Program-made: the position numbers and the translations under genes | The notes under the pieces: model-generated | The model's database searches: none | What the model was told of the DNA's origin: nothing | Seen by the model: only the letters and a program-made list of their open reading frames with translations | Assembly (NCBI GenBank): GCA_963697165.1 | Contig: CAVOMX010000007.1 | Location: 1-15,187 of the forward strand | From: Candidatus Bathyarchaeota archaeon | Lineage (GTDB): Archaea > Thermoproteota > Bathyarchaeia > Bathyarchaeales > Bathyarchaeaceae | DNA length: 15,187 bases | Direction: 5' to 3' | In this document: positions 1 through 8,133 of the stretch, piece by piece | Numbering within the stretch: position 1 is the stretch's first letter | How the letters are laid out: each line of letters opens with the position of its first letter

Positions 1-284
1 TATCATTTTAACCTAATATCGATTAGGAATACGCACCCATCAACGAATTGATAATCAACTGAAATTATTATCTGTTTTCTATATTTTCACAAAAATATCT
101 ACTATTAATTCGTTTGCGAATTTGACAGAAATTTGTTGTATGTCAAATTTTCATTGTAATTTTCAGACAATGAATATTTCACCCGGTTATCCTTATTTTG
201 ATATTCCAAATAAAACTTTTAAAAAAATTTATTTCTGTTAACTTAATTGAAATTTTCTTTAATAGGAAATTAACTTACATAAGA

Positions 285-514
285 ATGGGAAAATATTTAT
301 TTAACTATCCAAAAAATGATCATACAGAAGCTATTATGGTAATTGATAAAAAATTACAAAAATTGAAAACTCTTCCAACAGTAGATTCTAAATGCTTTAA
401 ATGTAAGGGAAAAAAGCAGAAACATGGACCTTTGATTTAGGATCTAAAGACAATTCACAAGCAATATTCTTTCGATGCACCAGTTGTGGCTATACTTGGC
501 GCGAAATCGATTGA
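285..514 (+). pseudogene. TFS/RpoM (TFIIS-like) C-terminal zinc-ribbon paralog split by a -1 frameshift (pseudogene, programmed frameshift or sequencing error)
   Basis: ATG285 gives MGKYLFNYPKNDHTEAIMVIDKKLQKLKTLPTVDSKCFKCKGKK. The -1 frame from 416 gives AETWTFDLGSKDNSQAIFFRCTSCGYTWREID*(514). The joined product matches the TFS C-ribbon pattern LPT..CxxC...F(Y/F)RCxxCGYTWRE. The junction is A_AAA_AAG at 410-416. Confidence 0.85.
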
Positions 515-552
515 AAGATAAAAAAAAATAAATGGGTTGGGAGAGTATGGAC

Positions 553-783
553 TTATGCGCAGAGTTTGGTATCCTCCAGCTTTTGTAGTGACCACTCAGG
601 CAAATGGTCACACAAAACGTCTCCATGCAAAAAGACCCTAAAGCCAAGCTGTTAGGCGCGAAACAAAAACAACTGATCATGAACCCCAATAAACCTTCTA
701 TACTCATGCTCATCCCAAACAAAACGAAGCTTTTCCAAGACTCGTCGATGAATCAACGCGGGGTGGTAATAAGTTGAGTGCAT
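553..783 (-). pseudogene. Remnant of the C-terminal part of a GT2-like (GT-A fold) glycosyltransferase with an internal stop
   Basis: The minus frame 759->553 reads ALIHRRVLEKLRFVWDEHEYRRFIGVHDQLFLFRA*QLGFRVFLHGDVLCDHLPEWSLQKLEDTKLCA*. This resembles the GT2 pattern 'LIrReVfekigF...eD..f..Ra...Gfki......c.H'. Internal TAA at 654-652. An in-frame ATG lies at 783, but no N-terminal GT domain is visible. Confidence 0.55.
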
Positions 784-811
784 TTTTGGTTGTGTTAAGG
801 GGTTGTGATTG

Positions 812-999
812 ATGGTTGTGTAAGTGAAGTTTGATTACAGCAGGTGTATCTGGTGCAGAAAATGTATTGAAGTGTGTGTTTTTGGTGTTTTAGAGTGGTT
901 CGAGGAGCAACCTATTGCCGTAAATCCGTGCAGATGTTCAGCGGGTTTAGAATGTATAGGTCAAGCTGTCCTGTTGATGCTATAAGTGTGAAAGAATAG
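812..999 (+). pseudogene. Degraded 2x[4Fe-4S] dicluster ferredoxin
   Basis: ATG812 gives MVV*VKFDYSRCIWCRKCIEVCVFGVLEWFEEQPIAVNPCRCSAGLEC. After skipping 2 nt at about 956 it continues RSSCPVDAISVKE*(999). The first CxxCxxCxxxC motif is intact. The second reads CSAGLEC...CP (Cys to Gly). Other lesions are TAA at 821-823 and the 2-nt frameshift. Confidence 0.85.
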
Positions 1000-1079
1000 C
1001 TCAATTCCTAAATGAGACCGCTCCGAGACACAAAAAACGTACTTTAAGTTAAATGTTCACCAGAGAACAGGCAAATTTT

Positions 1080-1239
1080 TTACCATTCAATGTCATTTTC
1101 CGCGATTTTGGTCCAGCATTTTCTGCATATGGGGAGGTGCTTGTTTCTGTAGTAGATGTAGACTTCAATGTCTGATATTTTTGCATTTTACATTCCATGG
1201 ATTTTTACAGTTTTCAACTGCTTTAGTTAAGGTTGCCAT
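1080..1239 (-). pseudogene. Small (~52 aa) Cys4 putative zinc-binding protein with a +1 frameshift
   Basis: ATG1239 gives MATLTKAVENCKNPWNVKCKN. After one extra base at about 1176 it continues SDIEVYIYYRNKHLPICRKCWTKIAENDIEW*(1080). The span is 160 nt (3n+1). A TATA-like TTTTAAAT lies upstream at 1279-1272. Confidence 0.65.
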
Positions 1240-1542
1240 TGTGAATCCGTGTCTCTTGATGAGTAGGTATCATTTAAAATCCTCGACGTAACGACATCCT
1301 ACTGAGGGGAGAGAACAGTGAAAGTAAAAAAGGAATCAGGCAAACCCAAGAAGCTCTAATGCAACTCTCCACATTGGATTATGATTCTCTCATTTTTTAG
1401 ATTCACAATTAACATTACCCCACCTGCACTGTAATTAAATTAAGCGCAAGTATTCCCTGAAGTATCACATAATAAGTAAAAAAAAAAGCGTAACTTGAAC
1501 AAAAGAACATATTCTAATGAACAGTAGAGGGGGATTGTTGAA

Positions 1543-2575
1543 TTGAATGGTCGGCCAGAAATAGATGAGACCGACGTGAAGATTTTGAAGATTTTGCAGG
1601 CTGATCTACGTACAAGCTACTCCCAAATAGCAGAAACATGTGAAACGTCAATTGATAAAGTGAGAAGAAGATACGAACAATTACGAAAAGAGGGCGTGAT
1701 AGTTAGCGAAGTAATGGGTTTTCATCCAAAGAGCAGAGGGTTCGAGTGCTTCGCCTGGATTGGAATCATCACGCAACCTGGAAAGGAAAAATATGTCTTG
1801 AAAACCTTAGAAGAAGAATCAAAATTATCACAAAACTTTGTTGAAATAGGTACATATAATATCCGCTGTTTAGTGATGCTTAAAAGCATAGATGGTTTGC
1901 CGGATTTTGTTGATGCTTTAAAGAAAAATCAGTATATAAATAACGTTGATGTGATGATTTGGACTAATATTGAAGAAATGGCATATCCAACAAACCTTGT
2001 GATCAGACCATTCCCGGCAGCAACAAATAACGACGAATCAGGGGTTATCAAAGATATCAAGATCAGTTCAAAATTTATTCAAAAACAGAAAGGAAAAAAT
2101 ACAATACAACAAAAAGCTTAAGACAAAAGATCCTAAGTTTGATTTAATCGACCAGACAATAATGAGAGTTCTGTCATTAAATGCTCGGACAACCTTTAGA
2201 ACTATCGCCAAGCAACTGGGAATTTCAACTAAAACAGCAATTTTAAGATATGAAAAATTAAAGAGAGATTGGATTTGGTATTCCACGCTATCATTAAATT
2301 TTGAGAAACTTGGCTATGCAGGGCATGTAAGTTCCTTGATTAAGGTTTCAAACAAAAATTGGGTGTCAGAAGTTTTTAGCCAATTAATCCAGATTCCGAA
2401 TGTAATCGTTGCCATGCGACTACTTGGTCCATACGACATTGATGTTCTTAGTCCTTTTTCAACCACCTCGGAACTAATGGATATTAAACAAGCAATTTCA
2501 GAAATTCCCGGCATCGAAAGAGTGAATTACCAAATTGGAGAAAGTCTAGTATGGCCACCTCTACCAACTTTCTAA
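1543..2575 (+). pseudogene. Tandem (double) Lrp/AsnC-family transcriptional regulator interrupted by a +1 frameshift
   Basis: ORF 1543-2121 has the Lrp HTH (IDETDVKILKILQADLRTSYSQIAETCETS) plus a RAM domain. The frame of ORF 2162-2575 is open from 2003. It encodes KDPKFDLIDQTI upstream of ATG2162, so helix 1 of the second HTH precedes that ATG. The span is 1033 nt (3n+1). A GAGGGGGA RBS-like sequence precedes TTG1543. Confidence 0.75.
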
Positions 2576-2756
2576 AATTTTGATAAGCTTATTGTATGAC
2601 AGGAAAAACGGAATTCTCTTATCTGAGTCTGCTACCCACTCAATCGTGGGCTATTTTATGTTTTTATAAAAAAGGGATAAATATCACGAGAGCATCGAAA
2701 AACAAATTAGTGCAACTTAACACGTTACTTGTCACACGGTTACTGGAGCATTATTT

Positions 2757-3734
2757 ATGAAACTTAATGATGAAGTTATGTGGGTTGAAAAATATCGACC
2801 AAGAACACTAAACGATATTGTGGACTTGAACCATATTGTAGAGAGCCTACAAGCTTTTCTTAAAAATCCACATTCCATGCCACATCTACTTTTAGCGGGA
2901 ATACCCGGCACCGGAAAAACAACGATTGCCTTATGTATTGCACGTGAATTATTTGGAGATAATTGGAAGTCCTTCACGTTGGAGCTCAATGCATCTGATG
3001 AAAGAGGGATCAACACGGTAAGGGACAGGATTAAAGATTTCTCGCGTTATAGCCGAACAGGTTTTGGAGATGTCCCTTATTCGCTCATAATTTTAGATGA
3101 AAGCGATCAAATGACGGGACCTGCTCAAACAGCACTCAGACGAATAATGGAAACCAGTTCTCGAACCAGCAGATTCATTCTAATATGTAATTATTCCAGT
3201 AAGATTATTGAACCGATTCAAAGTCGTTGTGCCATATTCCGTTTCTCAAAACTAGATAAGACCGCAATGATAGAACATCTCAAGAAAATCGCCCAGAACG
3301 AAAATCTGCGATTATTAGACGAAGCAGCAGAAAGAATTGTGGAATACTCTGAGGGAGATCTCAGACATGCAATAAATGCATTACAAACCACCGCCGCATA
3401 TCAAACAGGCGTCATAGATGAACAAACGGTTCTTCAAGTATTCGGTGAAGCTAGCCCAAGACAGGTGCAGTTGATGCTTAACAAAGCACTCAGTGGCAAT
3501 TTCATAGAAGCAAGAAAGATGATGTATGACCTAATTGGACAATATGGTTTTTCTGGCTCAGAAATAGTCCGCCAGATGCAAAGAGAACTACTCAAAGTTC
3601 CACATTTAACTGACAACCAAAAGGCTGAACTAACCAACATCATTGGGGAATATGATTTTCGCCTTACACAAGGCGCAAACAGCGATATTCAATTAAGTGC
3701 ATTACTGGCTCAATTCTCAAAGTTTGGAAAATAA
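2757..3734 (+). CDS. rfcS: Replication factor C small subunit (clamp loader)
   Basis: WVEKYRP, Walker A GIPGTGKT, ELNASDERGI, Walker B IILDESD, SRC motif (IQSRC), GDLRHAIN. 325 aa, no intein. Confidence 0.97.
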   Translation: MKLNDEVMWVEKYRPRTLNDIVDLNHIVESLQAFLKNPHSMPHLLLAGIPGTGKTTIALCIARELFGDNWKSFTLELNASDERGINTVRDRIKDFSRYSRTGFGDVPYSLIILDESDQMTGPAQTALRRIMETSSRTSRFILICNYSSKIIEPIQSRCAIFRFSKLDKTAMIEHLKKIAQNENLRLLDEAAERIVEYSEGDLRHAINALQTTAAYQTGVIDEQTVLQVFGEASPRQVQLMLNKALSGNFIEARKMMYDLIGQYGFSGSEIVRQMQRELLKVPHLTDNQKAELTNIIGEYDFRLTQGANSDIQLSALLAQFSKFGK

Positions 3735-3748
3735 AAAGGGGAACGTAA

Positions 3749-4978
3749 TTGAAGAATGATCTTTTATGGGTTGAAAAGTATCGCCCAAAAAAGATAGCAG
3801 ACGTAGTAGGTAACGAACTAGCAAAAACTGCGTTCATCAATTGGCTACAGAATAAATCCCGACGAAAAAAGGCAGTATTGCTTTATGGACCGGCAGGAGT
3901 AGGAAAAACGGCTTTGGTGAATGCCGCCTCAAATCAGTTTAACTTTTCAATTATTGAAATGAACGCAAGTGATACACGAACAGAAAAAGCAATTAACAAA
4001 GTAGGCAAACCAGCTACTTCTTTTGCTGCTTTGGACAAATTCTCTACCGAAAGCAAAGGCAATATACTGTTTTTAGATGAAGTTGACGGCGTTTTTGGCC
4101 AACAGGATAGGGGAGGAATAGGCGCCATAATCAAAATCATAAAAGAGTCGCTTATTCCCGTTGTAATGGCTGCCAACGACTCTGATCTGAAAAAACTTAG
4201 ACCTTTGAAAAAAGTTTGTCAGTTGATAAGATTTCAACAGGTACGCATACCTCTAATAATCACTACGTTAAGAAGAATTTGTGTTAATGAAAACGTCGAA
4301 GCAGAATTTGAAGCTCTTGAGAGAATTGCTCAGAATAGTCTAGGCGACATGCGATCTGCAATAAATGATTTGCAGAGCATAGCAGAAGGAAAACAATTAT
4401 TGAGACTCCAAGACACCATGTTTCTGAGTGCTCGAAACAAGGATATAGGCATGTATGAGACGCTTAAGAGAGTGTTTTCGGCGGAATCATTTGGAGAAGC
4501 AGCAATGGTGCTTAATCATTCAAACGTCAATTATGACGATTTTCTGCTTTCAGTTAGTGACAATCTTCCGCTTCGATACCTTGACTCAGAGGATTTGGCT
4601 ATTGCATATGATATGGTTTCGAGAGCAGATGTTTTCAGAGGTAGAGTAGGAACTGAGAACTGGCATCTTTTAAGGTATTTTTTTAATCTTCTTGCTGAGG
4701 CTGCGACGGTCTCCCCGAAATCGTTTAAACCTTTCGATTTCATATCCCCGCCGATTAGGATAATGAAGCTTTTTTGGACAAAAGGCAAGAGAATGAAATT
4801 GGAGAATATTTGCGCAAAAATAGCTCTAAAATGTCATGTTTCGCGAAGTACAGCTAAAATGGATATTATTCCGTTTGTTAAGATAATATTGGAGAAACAA
4901 AAGTCAAGTCCAATAATTTCTTGGCTCAAGCTGGAGCCTGATGATGTAGATTATCTCATTAAGATGGACAAATTCTAA
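3749..4978 (+). CDS. rfcL: Replication factor C large subunit
   Basis: WVEKYRP, GPAGVGKT, EMNASDTR, LFLDEVDG, GDMRSAINDLQ. No SRC motif, as expected for the large subunit. It starts 14 nt after rfcS, with a TTG start behind AAGGGG. Confidence 0.95.
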   Translation: MKNDLLWVEKYRPKKIADVVGNELAKTAFINWLQNKSRRKKAVLLYGPAGVGKTALVNAASNQFNFSIIEMNASDTRTEKAINKVGKPATSFAALDKFSTESKGNILFLDEVDGVFGQQDRGGIGAIIKIIKESLIPVVMAANDSDLKKLRPLKKVCQLIRFQQVRIPLIITTLRRICVNENVEAEFEALERIAQNSLGDMRSAINDLQSIAEGKQLLRLQDTMFLSARNKDIGMYETLKRVFSAESFGEAAMVLNHSNVNYDDFLLSVSDNLPLRYLDSEDLAIAYDMVSRADVFRGRVGTENWHLLRYFFNLLAEAATVSPKSFKPFDFISPPIRIMKLFWTKGKRMKLENICAKIALKCHVSRSTAKMDIIPFVKIILEKQKSSPIISWLKLEPDDVDYLIKMDKF

Positions 4979-4982
4979 TTGG

Positions 4983-5321
4983 ATGATGAAAGTGGTTATT
5001 CTAAACAAGAAAGCGTTTGTAATTCCCCGAGTTGAGAAAGAAAAATTTATTCGATTAATGAGAATTGGCCTGGAATACAATCGAGATAAAGGCAGTTATA
5101 GCATAAGCCATTTTGGCAACATCGAAGAACTCCTAGATACACTCTCTAGCATTCTAAATGATGAAGTCTTGTTCCTCCAAAATTGTTCTATATGCAACAA
5201 GGATTTTCCCTGTTCTGAGTGCAAGTATGCAGATTTCTGTGCAACCAAAAATCTTCCATTTCAATGCGTATGCCCTCAATGCCTGAAAGAGGGAAAAAAC
5301 CCTCAGCAAAAAACATTCTGA
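4983..5321 (+). CDS. Hypothetical protein with a C-terminal 8-Cys putative metal-binding domain
   Basis: 112-aa ORF starting 4 nt after the rfcL stop. C-terminal CSICNKDFPCSECKYADFCATKNLPFQCVCPQC. Confidence 0.8.
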   Translation: MMKVVILNKKAFVIPRVEKEKFIRLMRIGLEYNRDKGSYSISHFGNIEELLDTLSSILNDEVLFLQNCSICNKDFPCSECKYADFCATKNLPFQCVCPQCLKEGKNPQQKTF

Positions 5322-5384
5322 AATAAGTGATAGCAACTAGTTTTTGTTGCATATTTTCTCTTTTTGACTGATCCAACAATGTGT

Positions 5385-6554
5385 TTATGGCAGGGGTCTT
5401 TCTCCCACAGTTACCGTTAAGCTAAGTTCTTTCCCGTCTCTGATGATTCCTAATTCTGCAGTATCTCCGGGGCTAACGTTTCGTTCCATGTAAACTATAA
5501 TGTCAGCTGTTGTTCTCACGGGTAGACCAGCAACTTCTGTAATTACGTCTCCACCTAGTGTAATCTCTCTCCCATCCACAACTCTAGTCTCATCTCCGCC
5601 TCTTAGCCCCGACAGCTCTGCTGGACTACCAGAGGTTACTTCCGCTATGAGAATGCCTTGAGGCTTGTCTAGACCAATAGCCTCAGCAATTGCTATGTTT
5701 ACTTCCCATGCTGTGATGCCTAACCAAGGATGCTTGTAGTCTCCATTTGCTATCAGCTCATCAATTTCCCGTTTAACCGTGTCAGAGGGAATAGCAAAGC
5801 CTATCCCTAAGAATGAGCCAGTCGATGATTCAATAGCGGTGTTCACGCCCACAACCTGACCTTTTAGATTAACTAAGGGACCGCCCGAGTTCCCGGGGTT
5901 CACAGCTGCGTCTATCTGGATTATGTCTATAATAACGTATCCTCCAGTAGCTTCCATGGTTCTCTCCAGAGAAGAAACAATTCCCACGGTTAGTGTGTCA
6001 CTTAGACCAAAGGGGTTACCCATAGCTGCAACAGGCGCTCCTACAGTTAACTCAGAGGAACTACCAAGAACCACAGGAGTCAAGGTTGTGACTTCTGGAT
6101 TAACCTTAATGATCGCTAGGTCACTGTAGATGTCCATACCAACTACAGTGGCTGAGGTAATGTTACCGTCCAAGAAGGTAACCTGTATTGTGTTGGAGCC
6201 CGCGATTACGTGATGGTTAGTTACGATGTGACCTTTCATGTCATACACGAAACCTGAACCTAAACCAAGGTCGGTTTGTACGAGAACAACAGAATCAATT
6301 AGTTGATTGTAAATCGTAGGCCAAGGCATCAGCCCCGTCTGATTGATTGCATCAATAATTTCAAGCTGGTTCTGCAGGTCTTGGATTTTGTTATTCTGTT
6401 CACTGAGACTTGTGTCCATTGTTTCCAGTTGGTTCTGGAGGTCCAAGAAAGCTACTGCGAATACGCCAGTGTTAACGATAAGTAGGATTAGGATTGCTGC
6501 AAAGGCGTAAGCCCACTTGTTGGAACTTGAATGTGAAGGTTCTTCTGGAATCAA
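5385..6554 (-). CDS. htrA: Membrane-anchored HtrA/DegP-family trypsin-like serine protease with PDZ domain
   Basis: N-terminal TM helix plus coiled coil. GSGFVYD, triad motifs TNHHV (His), DLAII (Asp) and NPGNSGGPL (Ser). C-terminal PDZ (PWLGI...SPAELSGLRGGD). Confidence 0.93.
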   Translation of the reverse strand: MIPEEPSHSSSNKWAYAFAAILILLIVNTGVFAVAFLDLQNQLETMDTSLSEQNNKIQDLQNQLEIIDAINQTGLMPWPTIYNQLIDSVVLVQTDLGLGSGFVYDMKGHIVTNHHVIAGSNTIQVTFLDGNITSATVVGMDIYSDLAIIKVNPEVTTLTPVVLGSSSELTVGAPVAAMGNPFGLSDTLTVGIVSSLERTMEATGGYVIIDIIQIDAAVNPGNSGGPLVNLKGQVVGVNTAIESSTGSFLGIGFAIPSDTVKREIDELIANGDYKHPWLGITAWEVNIAIAEAIGLDKPQGILIAEVTSGSPAELSGLRGGDETRVVDGREITLGGDVITEVAGLPVRTTADIIVYMERNVSPGDTAELGIIRDGKELSLTVTVGERPLP

Positions 6555-6669
6555 ATTACTTGTCCTTCCTTACGTTTCAGGCGTGTATTGTATCTTTTTT
6601 AGAGGCATCAACACTTCTAAAGGCTTTCGGGTCAACAACACGTTAGTTAAAACAATAAATTTTGGTGTC

Positions 6670-7596
6670 TTAAAATGTCTTGGTTTCCTTGTAGTATGGT
6701 TCACGCCTTTTGACTGCTTCAATGAAAATTTCTTTCAATTTTTTGTCATCGGCTCCGTTCCGCATGGGCGTGAGAAGATCCACTAGATTGTCTGTTCTCA
6801 TGAGGCAAGGCTTCACCTTTCCGTCGCTTGTAACGCGAATGCGGGTACAATTAGCACAAAACTCAGTGTTTTCGATTGGACGAATGAGTTCAACCTTCCC
6901 TTTTGGGAGAATGTAAACCCGTCTGTTCTGCATATATTTTCGGACTCTCGTCTCCGACGCCAACTTCTTTAACGTCTGCTCAATCTCATCCAAACCAAGA
7001 TGGTGACGCTCATAGTATGCTTTGCCGAGATTAATCGGCTCCAGTTCAATCATCTGCAAGATTGTCCCAGTCTGCGCCGTAAACTGGATCATCTTTTCTA
7101 TTTCGCCGTCATTCACGTTCTTGAGCACCAGCATATTCAGTTTCACAGGATGCAATCCAGCCTCTACCGCGGCTCTGACTCCGTCAAGGGCATCTTGCAA
7201 GTTGCCTCCCATGACATCATTATACACGTCGGGGTCTAGTGTGGGGAGGCTCACGTTCACTCGTCCTAATCCCCCTGCTTTCAGGTCTTTAGCCAAGCCT
7301 TTCAGGTGAGTGCCATTAGTGGTCATGGATATGTCTTTTAAGCCCTCTAGTCCAGCGATACCCCGAACAATCTCGACGATTTCCTTTCGAAGTAGGGGTT
7401 CTCCTCCAGTTAGTTTAACTCGGGAGATTCCGAGGCTTATGCCTATCCGAACTATGCGGACAATCTCTTCTACGGTCATGAGTGCTGATGGGTTGCTTTC
7501 GCCCTCCCTGTGACAGTAGGGGCAATGTTTGTCACATTTTTGGGTGACAGAAATTCTCAAGTTGAGAACAGGGCGGTTACAATTGTCATATATCAT
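6670..7596 (-). CDS. moaA: GTP 3',8-cyclase MoaA (radical SAM, molybdopterin biosynthesis)
   Basis: LRISVTQKCDKHCPYCH (CxxxCxxC), KLTGGEPLLR, TTNG, second cluster FCANCTRIRVTSDGKVKPCL. Start placed at ATG7596 (MIYDNCNRP, cf. the family D..gR motif); the ORF track extends to 7641. Confidence 0.93.
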   Translation of the reverse strand: MIYDNCNRPVLNLRISVTQKCDKHCPYCHREGESNPSALMTVEEIVRIVRIGISLGISRVKLTGGEPLLRKEIVEIVRGIAGLEGLKDISMTTNGTHLKGLAKDLKAGGLGRVNVSLPTLDPDVYNDVMGGNLQDALDGVRAAVEAGLHPVKLNMLVLKNVNDGEIEKMIQFTAQTGTILQMIELEPINLGKAYYERHHLGLDEIEQTLKKLASETRVRKYMQNRRVYILPKGKVELIRPIENTEFCANCTRIRVTSDGKVKPCLMRTDNLVDLLTPMRNGADDKKLKEIFIEAVKRREPYYKETKTF

Positions 7597-7800
7597 TAAG
7601 GTCACGTTTCTAAGCATATGCGTTGTGTATGGGAAAACCAATCTTCAGACAAGATAAACCTTTCCAAAAATAAGCTACAAACTAACAGAAAACAACATCA
7701 AAAATGATAAACCTTGAAATTGCCGTCTACACGCAGGGACACAACTTACATAAACTTGGTTGATTCTTTAGAATATCAGAAACGTTTTATGGTGAGTTTT

Positions 7801-8133
7801 ATGTTGACTTTTCAATTGGATTTTTTATCATCAAAGGAACTATACAAAGACGTCATCGTGAGGCTTATCCACGGAAACGAGTTGACACTGAACTACTTTG
7901 AACTTAAAAACCAAGACGTGAAGATTCCTTTCCACACACATCCAGTAGAACATCTTCTCATCGTTCTGGAGGGGGAGATGGAATTCATGTTTGAAGACAA
8001 CAAAATTATTATGAAACCAAAAGACAGCATGTTTGTTCCCGCCAAAACTCGGCACACAGCACGGGTGACAGATGGTCCCGTGAAGGCCCTAGAGATATAT
8101 GCGGTTATAGAAGATGAATACTACAAAAGATAG
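7801..8133 (+). CDS. Cupin-domain protein
   Basis: Cupin motifs PFHTHPVEHLLIVLEGEM and FVPAKTRHTA. A GGTGA RBS at 7791-7795 favours ATG7801 over TTG7714. The 3' end overlaps the convergent KamA gene by 13 nt. Confidence 0.85.
   Translation: MLTFQLDFLSSKELYKDVIVRLIHGNELTLNYFELKNQDVKIPFHTHPVEHLLIVLEGEMEFMFEDNKIIMKPKDSMFVPAKTRHTARVTDGPVKALEIYAVIEDEYYKR

Noticed and set aside
198..440. 80-aa ORF as a complete gene
   Set aside because: Its TTG-started N-terminus is AT-rich, promoter-like sequence. The coding signal is the TFS-like frame from ATG285 continuing in the -1 frame to 514.
444..722. 92-aa minus-strand ORF
   Set aside because: No motif. It overlaps the TFS-like 3' half in antisense and the GT2 remnant in another frame.
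2635..2650. CCCAC-N6-GTGGG hairpin after the Lrp gene as a terminator
   Set aside because: Only a 5-bp stem, which is expected by chance. Archaeal termination relies mainly on T-tracts.
2757..4978. Inteins in RFC subunits
   Set aside because: Lengths are normal and motifs are contiguous, with no insertion after Walker A.
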